The translations under genes were made by a program, and so were the position numbers. Below the pieces are notes generated by a model, which saw only the letters and a list, made by a program, of their open reading frames with translations, did no database searches and had not been told where the DNA came from. A stretch of DNA of 64,000 nucleotides. It comes from Moniliella sp. 'wahieum' (taxonomy: Eukaryota). Numbering within the stretch: position 1 is the stretch's first letter; the number at the start of each line of letters is the position of its first letter. Below are positions 41,833-53,152 of the stretch, piece by piece. The DNA lies in the NCBI GenBank assembly GCA_003971905.1, contig RSEE01000039.1:124001-188000 (forward strand), read 5' to 3'.

Positions 41833-42017
41833 TGTCACAGTCGGGGCTAAGGCGAGGGAGACCAGGATCGGACTAGGCCAAGGGGTGTGTGTAGCAATCG
41901 TTCGTGGGGAAGAAGCAAGAACAGAGGACATGGTGCGAAGTGGAAGGAACAGGGAAGGAGCGAGACGCTCGAGACGAAGAAATTGGAAATGGGAGCGAGA
42001 TCAGCCAAACTATGACA
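41833..42017 (-). repeat. 5' LTR (185 bp) followed by a self-priming-type PBS at 41822-41830
   Basis: Matches the 3' LTR. The minus-strand PBS ATCGTTCGT is complementary to ACGAACGAT inside the LTR (41897-41905). Confidence 0.93.
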
Positions 42018-42219
42018 GTTGGTATATAGTATTGCATAGCACAATGTGAGGCCAAGGGTATGGAAAACGGGCGTCTGGGTAGATGAAGTGGATAGTAACG
42101 CTGGAGAGAAGGGATCTAGGAATGCCCGTGGGGATGAAGCTGCGTGGAGAGGAGGCATTGAATAATCCTCGACTGGACCTCTTGATGCGAGGGGGGGGAC
42201 GCACCCACTACTAGGAGTG

Positions 42220-42325
42220 CGACGTGACACGTGCGATCACATGTGAATGGCTGGTGACATGGGCTGTGACATGGGATGTGACATGGGCTGTGTGTGACTG
42301 AGCTGTGACATGCGATGTCACATCT
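42220..42325. repeat. Array of TGTGACATGGG-type 12-bp units
   Basis: ggtgacatgggctgtgacatgggatgtgacatgggctgtgtgtgactgagctgtgacatgcgatgtcacat. Confidence 0.8.
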
Positions 42326-44151
42326 TCATTACCATATTATTGCAGGACCCACCAAGAAGTTGCAACCCTACTGCCCCCCACCTGCACGTGACGGGGCTGG
42401 CTGCGCCGACTATCGGGCATATGGCAGAGTCGCGTCGAGCGTCCCTCACCCACTTAAAATGCCCCCTACCCGTACCACCGCCAATGCCCTCATTGCGGCA
42501 CCAACGACCACACTGGCAACGGTGCCCTCAATCCACTCCCACGTTTGTGCCCCCACGGCCGTCGACCTGGCTACAAGACTGCCGCGGAGCGGTGGTGGAG
42601 CAAGGAGGAGATGTGGAAAGCAATTGGGGTCTTTGCGACAAAAATAAGTGGGGGGGGGAAGGACAAGAAGAGGGGGGAGGACAAGAAGAGAGGGGAGGAC
42701 AAAGTGGATTGGTGGAAGGATGGGTAAGGATGATCGATGGTCCAGAGGTGGCGGGCTCGATCCATGTACCGTGAATTACGACGACCCTGTCGCAGGCGGG
42801 CCCTGCCAGAGGGCTCACTCAGGTTGGTGGGGTACAGTCCCTTACGTGAAAGACGGCTCACGGTAGTTCGAGCCTGGGCTATCCGAGCGAGGAGGAGATG
42901 CCTTTGGCGTGAAGCCGAGGCGGCTGCACGCGTGGCAAGGCTGCTGCGTATACGTAGATGTTGACAGAGCGAAGCAGACGAAGCTGCTATAGAGTCGACT
43001 TGGGAGCCACTCGAGATCCTATGGATGAGCTGCAAGCAGCCTTCAGACACTGCAGGAGTGAAGGCAAAGGGTGACCACAAGTCTACAAGCATCTGAAGGA
43101 AAGTGTCACGGGCTGCGGCGGACACGAGATGGCCCGACCGAAGCTGAGGCCCGTCTGCTCCGCACAGGCCCAGTAGAGCGTGCTCCGCAGGCCAACCGAG
43201 TGTGATGATGGTTGGCTAAATCAAGTACGTGGCCGAAGGGCCATGTTCAGCGCGACAACAGTCGCCTCCCGCCCAAGTCCACGTCGGCCGGCCTAAATAA
43301 GGCCACCGAGCTTCCAATGCCGTGGCGGCGTCTGCCGCCTCGTCCCCGTTTCCTTTTCCTTTCTCGGTCGCGCCTGCGGCGACCAACCCCGCTTTTGACA
43401 TGTCTTCCTTTCTACACCCCCTCTTGTATCCGTTTCCCTTTGATCCTGCCTGTACCCCTGGTTGATGGGGATCTTTTCCCCCACCTTCCATTCTCGTCCT
43501 TTCTCGTCATCCTCTCGCCTTCCCGTCTATCCTGTCCGGCTCCTGCCCGTTTCCAGCCAATTTATCCAGTACAGGCAGCTTCTCTTGTTAGCGTCCGACT
43601 TCTCCTCCGACCTCGTCCTCCAGCCCTTCGTCAGTCCAATCGCGCGAGCCCTCCTCTGGTCGCGGCGATTCCCAGTCTCTGTTGAGGCAGTGTTTGTCCC
43701 CCTCTGCCTCCTCCCGTCCCTAAGTCCCGGAGGCTTCAGACACGTTACTACGGCCCAAGCCGGTGCAGACGCAGCCTTGCCACACGTGCAGCCGCCCCAC
43801 CAAAGGCCTCTCCTCGTCCCTAGCTCCGCTCGGACGCACCAACCAGCCTAAGCCCGAAACTACCGTGAGTCGACCTACCGTCGCCTAAGGGATTGTACCC
43901 CAAAACCCCCAGGGCGGGCCCCCTGGTGGCGCCGCCCGTGACAGAAAGAAGGCAGGAGAGAGAGAAGAGAGATGGAGCGAGCAGGGCGCGCGCGCCCTGC
44001 GAGCGCAACTCTTTCGGAACTCTTCTCGACCGGCTAAGCAAGAGCGTCACCGATTCACTGAGGGGTGCAGGGGAGGCCTAACACTACCACCCCAACAGAT
44101 GCAAACGGAGGCTGCGAAGGGACAAAGAATATCATCCGATAGCACTTCCTC

Positions 44152-45452
44152 GTGTGACATGTGGCGCATCCCCATGGGGAACGCGGAGTTGAAATGTGCA
44201 ATGCGAGCCCGCAGCGCGGTCGTCGGTACGCCGACAAAGAGCGCGGCTGGAGAGACTGGCTCGCTTATGCCGTCATGCCCAACACTCGCGCCATTGCCCA
44301 CCACCATCGCCACCACGCGGATCGACTTGGGGATGGAATGTGCGAGCGGTGCGGATGAGAAGCCATGCGACGCTTTTGGCGGCCCCTGCATGACCGCCTC
44401 CATCTGCCTCGCCGATTCTCCTGGGCAGCGGCAACGGCGGATGTGAAAGCCCCAGGCCAGGTGCCGGCGAGTGACCCAGCCCCCGTTCGTGGTCCCACGA
44501 GGCCCAAGTCAAAAGGACCACCGGGCCACATGCCCACTTGTCCAACCCAGATTTCCAAAAGGTACGTCGAACCGCACAGGCCAAACCTTTCCGGTTGGTT
44601 GGCGATTGGAACGTGCTAGATCAAGGCTATGTGTGTCTGATCGAGAAAACGCGTTTGATTCTGTACGCGCAGACCGGAAGAAGATCGATCGCAGCCGGAA
44701 ACGGAGGAGAATGGAGCTTGTCCCTCCTTCGTCTGAGAAACGGGGGAGAGGATCAGGGTACTTGTGATGGTGGCGAGCAGCCCACACATGCAAAAGCCCA
44801 TTCATCAAGGGGAGACATTGTCCCGCAGCGGAGCTTGAAAAGGGTGCGCCCGACCTCTGGCCATCAGCCTTGAGTGCCCGATGGGAGGCCCGCCCCTAGC
44901 GTTTCTTGGGATGGGAACCCATGTGGTATTACGAGCACGCAACGACAGGACCCGACCGACCCGGTGACGATCGCATTGGGCATGGCAGAGGGGGTGAGGT
45001 GGCACGGACCACTTCGGTGGGGACGATCTGTTGGGGACGACGTAAGGTGCCAATGCGAGCCGCTTCAATGCTGGCGACCGCCGGAAGAGGGTGGCCGGAC
45101 CCAGTCGGTGCGAGCCGGCCCATTCAGTCTTGGTTGACGGCGGGGGCACGGAAAAAGTGAAGCTACTCCGGCGCATACATGCTCGTCGCAGAACATGGGC
45201 GCTCTTCGAAGGCCAACCCTCGCTCTCCTTATGTTGCGGTCAAGGTATGTTCCATCTCTCCTCTCCTCTGTCCACTGATCTAACCTTTCCATTGAACAGT
45301 GGTCTTCTCTTCTTGATTGCCAAGTATGTCCGTCGCTTTTGGGGCTATGGCGTTCATCAACAAGAGGCAGAACGGATCAGAAAACGTACCTCCACAATTG
45401 GAGCTGCGACGCCGCACGATCCGTCGATCTGGGCGGTTTGGCCACCATGGGA
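44152..45452 (+). pseudogene. Diverged paralogous segment, copy B (longer); intron-containing gene remnant of unknown family
   Basis: Homology to 36870-37390; intron GTATGT..CTAAC..AACAG at about 45246-45299. Confidence 0.55.
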
Positions 45453-45942
45453 ATGGCGGCATTGGCGCTCATCGAAATGCCAGCGGGCAAACGGATGATT
45501 CGCGTCCGGAAGTGTGACTTTAACTGGTCTTTTGTTGGTTCATGCATATCTTTTGAACGTGGGGAAGGATCATTCTCTTGCCTCCTCCTTTACGGATCAC
45601 ACTCCTGTCGTTTCGCTCCCGTTTGGCACATGCATTGACACGCCCGGACCGCCTTGCCTTACTGTTCTCTCCCCCCCCACCCTTTCCCGTGGTTCTCACC
45701 ATATGTGTTGGCAGGCCTGTGCCTGTTCCAAATTGCACACGGGCACGAAACCGATCATCATCAGGCACACATTGTCATATCGGGAGAGAACATTGATACT
45801 GACCTGAGGTCCCAAAGGCCGGGGCCCACCGACCGAAGCCACCGTAGCTGCCTTTCTTGCCTGGTTGGCCAGGGAGGTAATGTGCGGATCCGTCGGTCCT
45901 CTTGTGTGCTCTGCTTTAGCGTCCCGCTCGCCCATTGCACCC

Positions 45943-46300
45943 GGCATGATGGGCGGGTCGGAAGGCTTCCTATCTGACCCGGGCTGTATTTTGATCGTTC
46001 CAATAAAGACCGCAGGCACCGTTTACGATTTGGGCTACACGGGCAGCGGTGGCAGTTTCCTACTTGACCCGGGCGCGGGGTACCTTTTGATCGTTCTAAT
46101 ATTGGCGGCGCTGTTTCCCATGTGGGCTACATGGGTGGTTATGATTCCCTTCCTGGCCCAAATGAGGATTTCTTTGGCTGTCCCACGACTGGTGGCACTG
46201 TTTCTAGTGTACGCTACTGGGGCAGCCGTTGCAGTTTCCTCTCTGACCCGGGCCCGGAAGGCTTTGGTCGTTCCCTGGCCAGCCATTCTGCGTGCGAAGT
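45943..46300. repeat. Degenerate tandem repeat of about 90 bp, about four copies, probably coding
   Basis: ttcct..YtgacccgggC at about 45967, 46057 and 46236; Ytttgatcgttc recurs; plus-strand units read GYxGxxxSFLSDPG..F(D/G)RS. Confidence 0.7.
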
Positions 46301-46927
46301 GTACTGAGCACCTACAAGGTACTTTCGAATCATCGTTGAAGCTGGTGCGCATGGCGGTTGGACTAGTCGTCATCCCTTTTCTGTCCTGAATTTGGTTCTT
46401 TTCTCCTTTTGATGGCTGTGCCAAATGTGACTTGTTGGTTTCTTTTTCCAAGTTGAGTTGCCTTCTATGGCTCTTCTCGACCTCCAACTCTACATTTTTA
46501 CTGTTCGACTTTGGCTTCAGTTCAACTTGGCAACATATGTTGTCTATTCCTCCAAGTTGGATCGACCTCTACGACTTTCTAATCTTCCTTCTTACCTCCA
46601 CGCGTTGAATATTCTGTTTCTCTTCCCTTGGCTTGGAAATATCGCTTGCCAATTACATTTTCCTTTCACTTTTTGACGAGAGGCGCTGGAGACATCCTTT
46701 CTTCTTTCATCCATGCCTTGGGCCTTGGCCGAAGACCACCACCACCTGTGGTCTGGCGAGCTCACCGAGGGGAGCCGTTGTTAGAGGGATAATGCTAGGG
46801 TTCCCCTGCAGGGCCCTCAACGGATCGGTGACGTTCGATTACTGGGCGGAAGAGTTCCGCTCGCAGGCCGAGCACGCCCTGATCGCTCCGTCTCCCTTCA
46901 GTCTCTCTCCTTTCTCCTTGCCTTCAG

Positions 46928-47083
46928 ACGTTGCTTGAAGACTTGTGGCTCACCACTTTTCCTTCACGCCTTGTCTGAAGGTATACACCTCTGCTTCCTT
47001 TCTTGACCTGTTGCTCCTCACAATGAAACGTTGCTTAAAGACTTGTGGCTCACCACTTTGCCTTTACGCCTTTTGTCTGAAGG
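46928..47083. repeat. Direct repeat of about 55 bp with a 100-bp period
   Basis: acgttgcttRaagacttgtggctcaccacttt.ccttYacgcctt..gtctgaagg at 46928 and 47028. Confidence 0.85.
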
Positions 47084-48919
47084 CTGCTTTGGAGCTGATC
47101 CATAGGATCGCGAGTGCTCCCGAGTCGCACTCTGGCATACCGACGTAATTTGGTTTCCATGCGAAATGAACCCCAATTTCGTGTGTCTCCGGCTTGACTT
47201 ATGTCAACTTGACCAGCAGTGCCCCTCTCAGTTGATGGCTTTGCTTTGCTGGGAAGCGGCCCAGGCGAGCGCTGGGCGCTGGCTGCGGTCCGACCACCTT
47301 CGTCAGGCGGGCCATGGACGACCCTCTTTTGAACATCTGGAGGGCGCGTCGCACTACTCGCGTGCCTCCACCCAAAGCCAAAAGTACTGTCGCATCCCGT
47401 ATTCCTGGACCTACTCCGCCCGCGCCCCACGCCGCCAGGTCTCTCGACCTTGACCTGGACCTCAGTCTCAATCTCGACCTTGATCTTAATGATCTGAGCT
47501 TGAGTGGCCGTGACCTTCGTGGTCCCTCACCTCCTTTTGGCCACCCGGCTCCTAGTACCCTTCCTGGTCACCAACACCACGATGACCGCGTGATGACGAA
47601 CCCGGCGATGGCGATGATGCATTTACTTCCTCTACACCTTTGATTCCGTTCGCGGACCTGTTCCGCGCGCCCAGCCCGGCGTCGCCCTTGCCCGTGCGCC
47701 TTCTCCTCGCTCGACCAAACCAAAGACCCTTGACATGTCGCTGTGGACCAAAGAAATGGAGAAGTCTCTGCCTCCTCATGCCTGTGCCTACTGCGGTTTG
47801 TCCAACCCCGAGAGCGTGTTAAGTGTCTCGTGTGCAAAAAGTGGTTCTGCAATGGTCGCACCCCCCTTTCCGCGAGCCACATCGTTAATCATTTAGTCCG
47901 CTCTAAGCACAAGGAGGTGTGTCTCCATACCGAGTCTCCCTTGGGAGATATGACACCCGAATGTTACAACTGTGGCAACAAGAACGTCTTTATTCTCGGT
48001 TTCATCCCCGCCAAGAGCGAGACAGTGGTAGTCTTGCTTTGTCGACAGCCGTGTGCATCGTTGCCAAGCAGCCCACCAAGGATGTGATTTGGGACACATC
48101 TCGCTGGGCGCCGCTCATTGGGGACAATGCTTTCCTTACATGGCTCGTCAAGGCCCCTACCGACTATATACTGAGATGGTGCAGGCTCCCAATCAGGGAA
48201 TCACGTTTCACCAAATGAACCGTCTTGAAGAGCTATGGAAGGAAAATGCCAAGGCGACACTCGAGGACATTGATAAGCCTGGGTTGGATGAAGATCCGCC
48301 GTGGATTCTGCTGCGGTACGAGAATGCGTTCCAGTATCAAAACATCTTGGGCCCGCTCGTCAAAATCGAAGCTGATTACGACAAAAATTGAAGGAGTCGC
48401 AGACCCAAGAAAATGTGACGATTCGTTGGGACCAAGGACTCAACATGCGAAAGGTGGCATGGATGTCGCTTCCCAAACTTGAGTCGGGCGAGGTGCGCCT
48501 GGCCGTGGGTGATGAACTGAAGCTCATTTACCGTGGAGGCAATGCACCCAATTGGGAGGGCCTTGGCCACGTGATCAAGATCCCGCGTAGTGCGTATTCT
48601 CTCCATCTTTGCAGCAGTGGGGGGCGACTGGTGACTGACATATGAACCGGCTGCTAGACATCTCGGACGAAGTTGCGGTCGAGCTGCGCCGCTCCGATGG
48701 GGTACCCGATCACTGCCAATTGGGCTTCTCTGTCATATATTTGTCTGGAAATCCACTTCATTCGACCGCATGCAGACCGCTATGAGAACGTTCGCCGTGG
48801 ATGAACAGTCCGTCTCTGCCTTCATTTATCACAAGCTCCTTGGCCACGAAGTGGAGAATGTCTTTCTTCAAACCGCTCTTCCCAAACGTTTATCTGTACC
48901 TGGCCTGCCCGAGCTTAAC

Positions 48920-51900
48920 CACGGGCGGGTGTGAAAAATTAATATTTTGCTTAGATGACACATCACCCAAAAATGCGTGAAATTTGGTGCGGAACGTTTT
49001 TGGCATTGTGGCCACATGAGGTTAAGCGCTTTGGCCCAAGAGGTCAAGCGCTTTGGCCACATGCGCTCAATGGCCTTGGCCACATGTGCCCAAACGCTTA
49101 GCTGTTGATTGGATGCGTGCTTGTAGGCTCTCCAGCCGGCTGGCTGGCAACGATCCAGAACTACTAGATTTATAGGCAGGGTAGGTATTTTTTAGGTATA
49201 GAATGCATTCGAAGATCGCTGGGAAGCGATGACACGGCAACCACGGTTAATAGATGTGACGTCAGACGGAAGCACCACAACGTAGTAGAGCAGCGAGCGG
49301 TTCAGAAAGTGGCAGGTTAGTGTGAGGGGAGTGCGCACTAGGGAGACGCTGGCCAAGTCAGCAGCAGCATAGGGTTAGCGAGAGACACAGAAAATGTGCG
49401 ACGGACTCACAGGTCAGGCGATCAAGACGGCCAGTAGCGAAGTCGGAATGCACACTGGTAGGGCGAACAAGGTCAGGAACAGCGTTGGCATATAACAGAA
49501 GGGACGTACGACGGCGAAACAGGTCAGATGAGTCTCGAGGCGAACCAGACGAGACGAACCAACCGTGGGATTCCGTGCATGCAGCAGCTGGGTAGACAGT
49601 GTCAGTGGCAGGACAACTCCAAGCGCGAAGTACGGGGGACGTACGATGGCAAGGCAGACCAGCCAAGCGAGAGGACCTCAGGCGAGGCAAAATGGAACCA
49701 GACGGACAAGGCCGAAGGTGAGCGAAACGGTGCATGCACGTCATGCATGCGACCCACCAGGTCAGCAGAAGTGTGGGGAATGCGGAGGAAGCGGGCACGT
49801 ACGATGGCGCTGCGGATCAGGTGAAACGAGGGCAAGATGGCCCGCGAGGGGGAGTCTGTGTAGGCGGGGTCAGCAACAGAGAGCGCTGGTGGGCAAGAGA
49901 ACACATACGACAAAAGCAATGCAGACAGTGAGAGGGGACCGGGGCGAGAGGCAGAGGGGGCGTTCAACAGCGATACTGACGAGGCGAGGAGGACGGAGTG
50001 TGGGGGGAGGGGGAGTGGAGACGTACGGCAGCAATGCAGACCAGGCGAGGAGAACCGAGCGATGGGGGCGGGACTAGCAAAAGGCGGTCAGTAAGCAGGG
50101 CAGGCAGCAACGATGGTGATGTTGATGTCCAGGGGAAGAAGATGGTGCTGTTGCACCCGTGGTACAGAGCACTCTGCGTTGTGCTGGCTGCAGAGATGGG
50201 ATACGGGTTGCTATGGGCGCAATGAGAGAGGCGGTGGTGAGGAGACAGGATGCAACCACAGAGGAGCAGGAGGTTAAAAGGAGGCGCGTGTGGCGCAGCC
50301 AATCTGTGCGCACAGGCCAATCTGGGCCACGCCAGGGGCCTAGGCAATCCTGGGCCACACCAGGGGCCTATAGGTAAGCTATTATATCTGCCTAACGCAC
50401 TATAGCGGCCTCCTGCAGCAGAGTGTTCGAGGGTCTAATCATCTTAATCAAGAGCGCCATTTTTTGACTTTGCCTATTTGCGACTTGCTGTAGTACTACT
50501 TGTCTGTTGCGACGGTGACTGGCTTCACCGAACGCGGCGCACTTGCGGCCTCTCTAGCCCCGAGACTCCAAGGGCTCCCCGAAGATTGCCGATGCGCGCG
50601 TAAGTAAACGACTAGTAGCCTTGTCCAATATAGCCCTCTCGTCCTGCTTCCTACCACCAACGCCTATATCTCTCGCCCGCAATTGATCGCCTACGCTACT
50701 GTCCCAAACGCTTCAGCATCCATTGCGGTCTCCATAGCCGGGTGAATCGTTATACAGGTCATGATAATCCTCACTTGAGCTATACTAGTGACTAGTGAAG
50801 ACTAGTGTGACCTATACGGTGTTACATTAAAAGTCAAGGCGATAGCCCCTGGTCGAGGTCAAGGAGCTCCGATGTTGTAACCATTCCATTTAGCTTTTGT
50901 GTTGGCTTTGTCCATGATCTCCGCAGCCCTAAGGTATATAGCCTCTGTTGCTCTTTCATGCACCCTTGTATTAGGCGTGTCGTTGGCTGGCGTATTCGAC
51001 CACCACACTGCCAACACTATAGTGCTACCGCATCACCCATCAGGGTGGCCATCTGGACTGCGCCACTCTCATCTTCAGATAGGGGATCATCGATCACGAA
51101 TGTAATACGCCTTGGAAGAGCATCAAAGAAGCGGGAGAGCGTGCGTCTCTGAGGGAGGGGGCAAGTTTTAAGGTTAGAGGGGAGAATGTTTAAGGTTAGA
51201 GAGGGGGGCGTCGTCTGCCGGACCGGCGTCAAAAAAGCACCCACCCATGCATAGCATATGTCCAACCCACCTCGCCCGTCCTTACCAAGTCGCCACCGCC
51301 ATGTCGAAGGCCATTCACGCCATTGACGAGGTGGCCGAAGATGCGAGCATGCCCCACAGCCACCTGACGCATGCTCGCCTTCCCCTGCTTCCCGTGTCCT
51401 CGCCTGTAGACACTACTATGGCCGAGGACGAGTTATGCCAGACGTAGTCCAGTGTTTCCTTTGGACCACCTTCAAGAGCCCACGGGCGTCGTGTCCTTTG
51501 CCGCCCGCGGGCGCATGACAACCCGCTCGGCGCACCGAATGAGCGTGTCGAGCAAATCCGCAACCAAGAGACTGATATTCATCAGCGATCTCAACACGGA
51601 GGGTATCCCTGGCGCAGAGGGCACCAATATCCGAGCTAGGGGTTTGTTGGCTAACCTAAAGACTGGGGTTGGGAAGGATGTGTGCACTATGCTTGTGGCT
51701 CTCCCATTCGCGGCAGTCTCCATCCTCGAGACCGGAAAAGAGGCCAACGATGAGGAGTTCACGTTTCCGATTTCGCGGTTTATGACGCTATCGTCGCGGC
51801 AGCCGACCTGCATGGTTTGTGTTGAGTATCGGACCACATCATCTGGATTTGAGACTCAACAGTTGGTTCGGTACTGGTTTGGTTTGTCCTGCTTTGTGGG

Positions 51901-53152
51901 CTAATCGACTTGGTGGTCTGAGCTACAAGGTTGTCTTGGCTCGAGTTATCTTTTCTTTCTTTTCCCTACTTGGCGTATAAGTAGGACGACCCCTCGCGGG
52001 TATACAATGCTATTCTTTACCACACCCACTCCCTTTGGCTTGCCTGATAGACTCCGCTACTCTACAGTTTGCTTCCCAGGACATGGTACCCGGCTGCCTG
52101 GCAGGCCAGGGCGCAGTTCATGGTACGTCCCACAGCCTTGATTGATATACGGGTTTAGACGCTGACATACCTGTTATGGCTAGAACCGTACCGGGCGACC
52201 CAGACTGCATACCGATTTGTCGAATGCCTTTCGAGACTCGGCCCCGACAACGCCATGATCGCGACGCGACCGAAGCTCCATCTCCTCCTGACGCATACGT
52301 CTGATGTGCTCGAATTGTTCGGCCCTCTCCAGAACAAGGACGCTGCCAGATTCGAGGGTCGCGTGAAGCACATCTATGCGTCCGTTGCCCATTGCAACTT
52401 CTACAATAAGCTCTCCGGTGACACCTTTTTGTACAACGTCATGATCTCCGAGAAGATTCTGCACCACTCTTCACCGGGTACGATGTGTCTATTAGTGATG
52501 GCTCGGTGATGGCTCGGCCTGGGCTCCTGCCGGGGTGCTGGAGCAATAAGGAGAAGAGCCCACTACGACTCTGATGGCGTCGATATTCCACGAGTAATGC
52601 TCGCCCCCAGCCATACAGCAACGAACGGTGCCATGCACCTGTGGACAAGCGCGCCAAGAAGAAGACACCTGCCGTGGCCGCTGTCGGAGGAGGGGGCAAC
52701 AGCGACGACTCTTCGGACAGTGATAATGATTGATGCGAGAACCAATGGCATGCATTGCGCGATGAGGATGAGTATAGGTTTGGTGGCAGTCGTCAGTCAT
52801 CAGTAGCCAGGCCATAGGGTGGTGCGCATCCCGGACCCATCAGCCGGAACCTCTCCATGGGCTGCGCTTTGACATGATGCGCATGCGCACATAAAAGCTT
52901 CTTTTGCCGGCGAACGAGCCGGGTGACGGATGACTATCATGCGTCCCACGCGCAGGGGCATGCCCGAAGGGAAGGGGCGGTTATGGAGTAAGAGGCCAGA
53001 CGGTGAGGCGTGGGTTGCAGCCCCAAATGGATGTCGCCACAAGCGTCGGATCTCTGGTAGGTACCTCTTCAGCCCCACTCCGGTTATGCAGCCGATTTAC
53101 CCATTTTCCAATCCCGCCATGACCCATGTTTCAATTTTTCACACCCCCCGTG
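48920..53152 (+). mobile_element. CACTA/EnSpm (CMC)-like DNA transposon, 4233 bp, with transposase remnants
   Basis: TIRs cacgggcgggtgtgaaaaatt and aatttttcacaccccccgtg; 2-bp TSD AC (48918-48919, 53153-53154); removal restores CTT AAC CAC GGA CAG (LNHGQ); subterminal ggccacatg and aagcgctttggcc repeats at about 49005-49090. Confidence 0.9.
51452..52509 (+). pseudogene. Fragments of a fungal EnSpm/Plavaka-like transposase
   Basis: LLANLKTGVGKDVCTMLVALPFA resembles the SLxGRDF..Q.APF block; YLLWLEP..RPKLHLLLTHTSDVLELFGPL..RFEG resembles the KFHxLxH..I.RFGP..FE block. Confidence 0.7.

Larger units (their letters stand above)
38317..42017 (-). mobile_element. Non-autonomous Ty3/Gypsy chromovirus-type LTR retrotransposon encoding Gag and integrase-chromodomain but lacking PR, RT and RNase H
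   Basis: LTRs 38317-38497 and 41833-42017 (TG..CA, identical except a 4-nt TG indel); GTTGG TSD at 38312-38316 and 42018-42022; polypurine tract gaaagggggcaa before the 3' LTR; Gag, integrase and chromodomain motifs. Confidence 0.96.

Noticed and set aside
43201..43750. Possible solo LTR (TGTGA start, TAAATA, pyrimidine-rich leader)
   Set aside because: No clean CA end, inverted termini or TSD.
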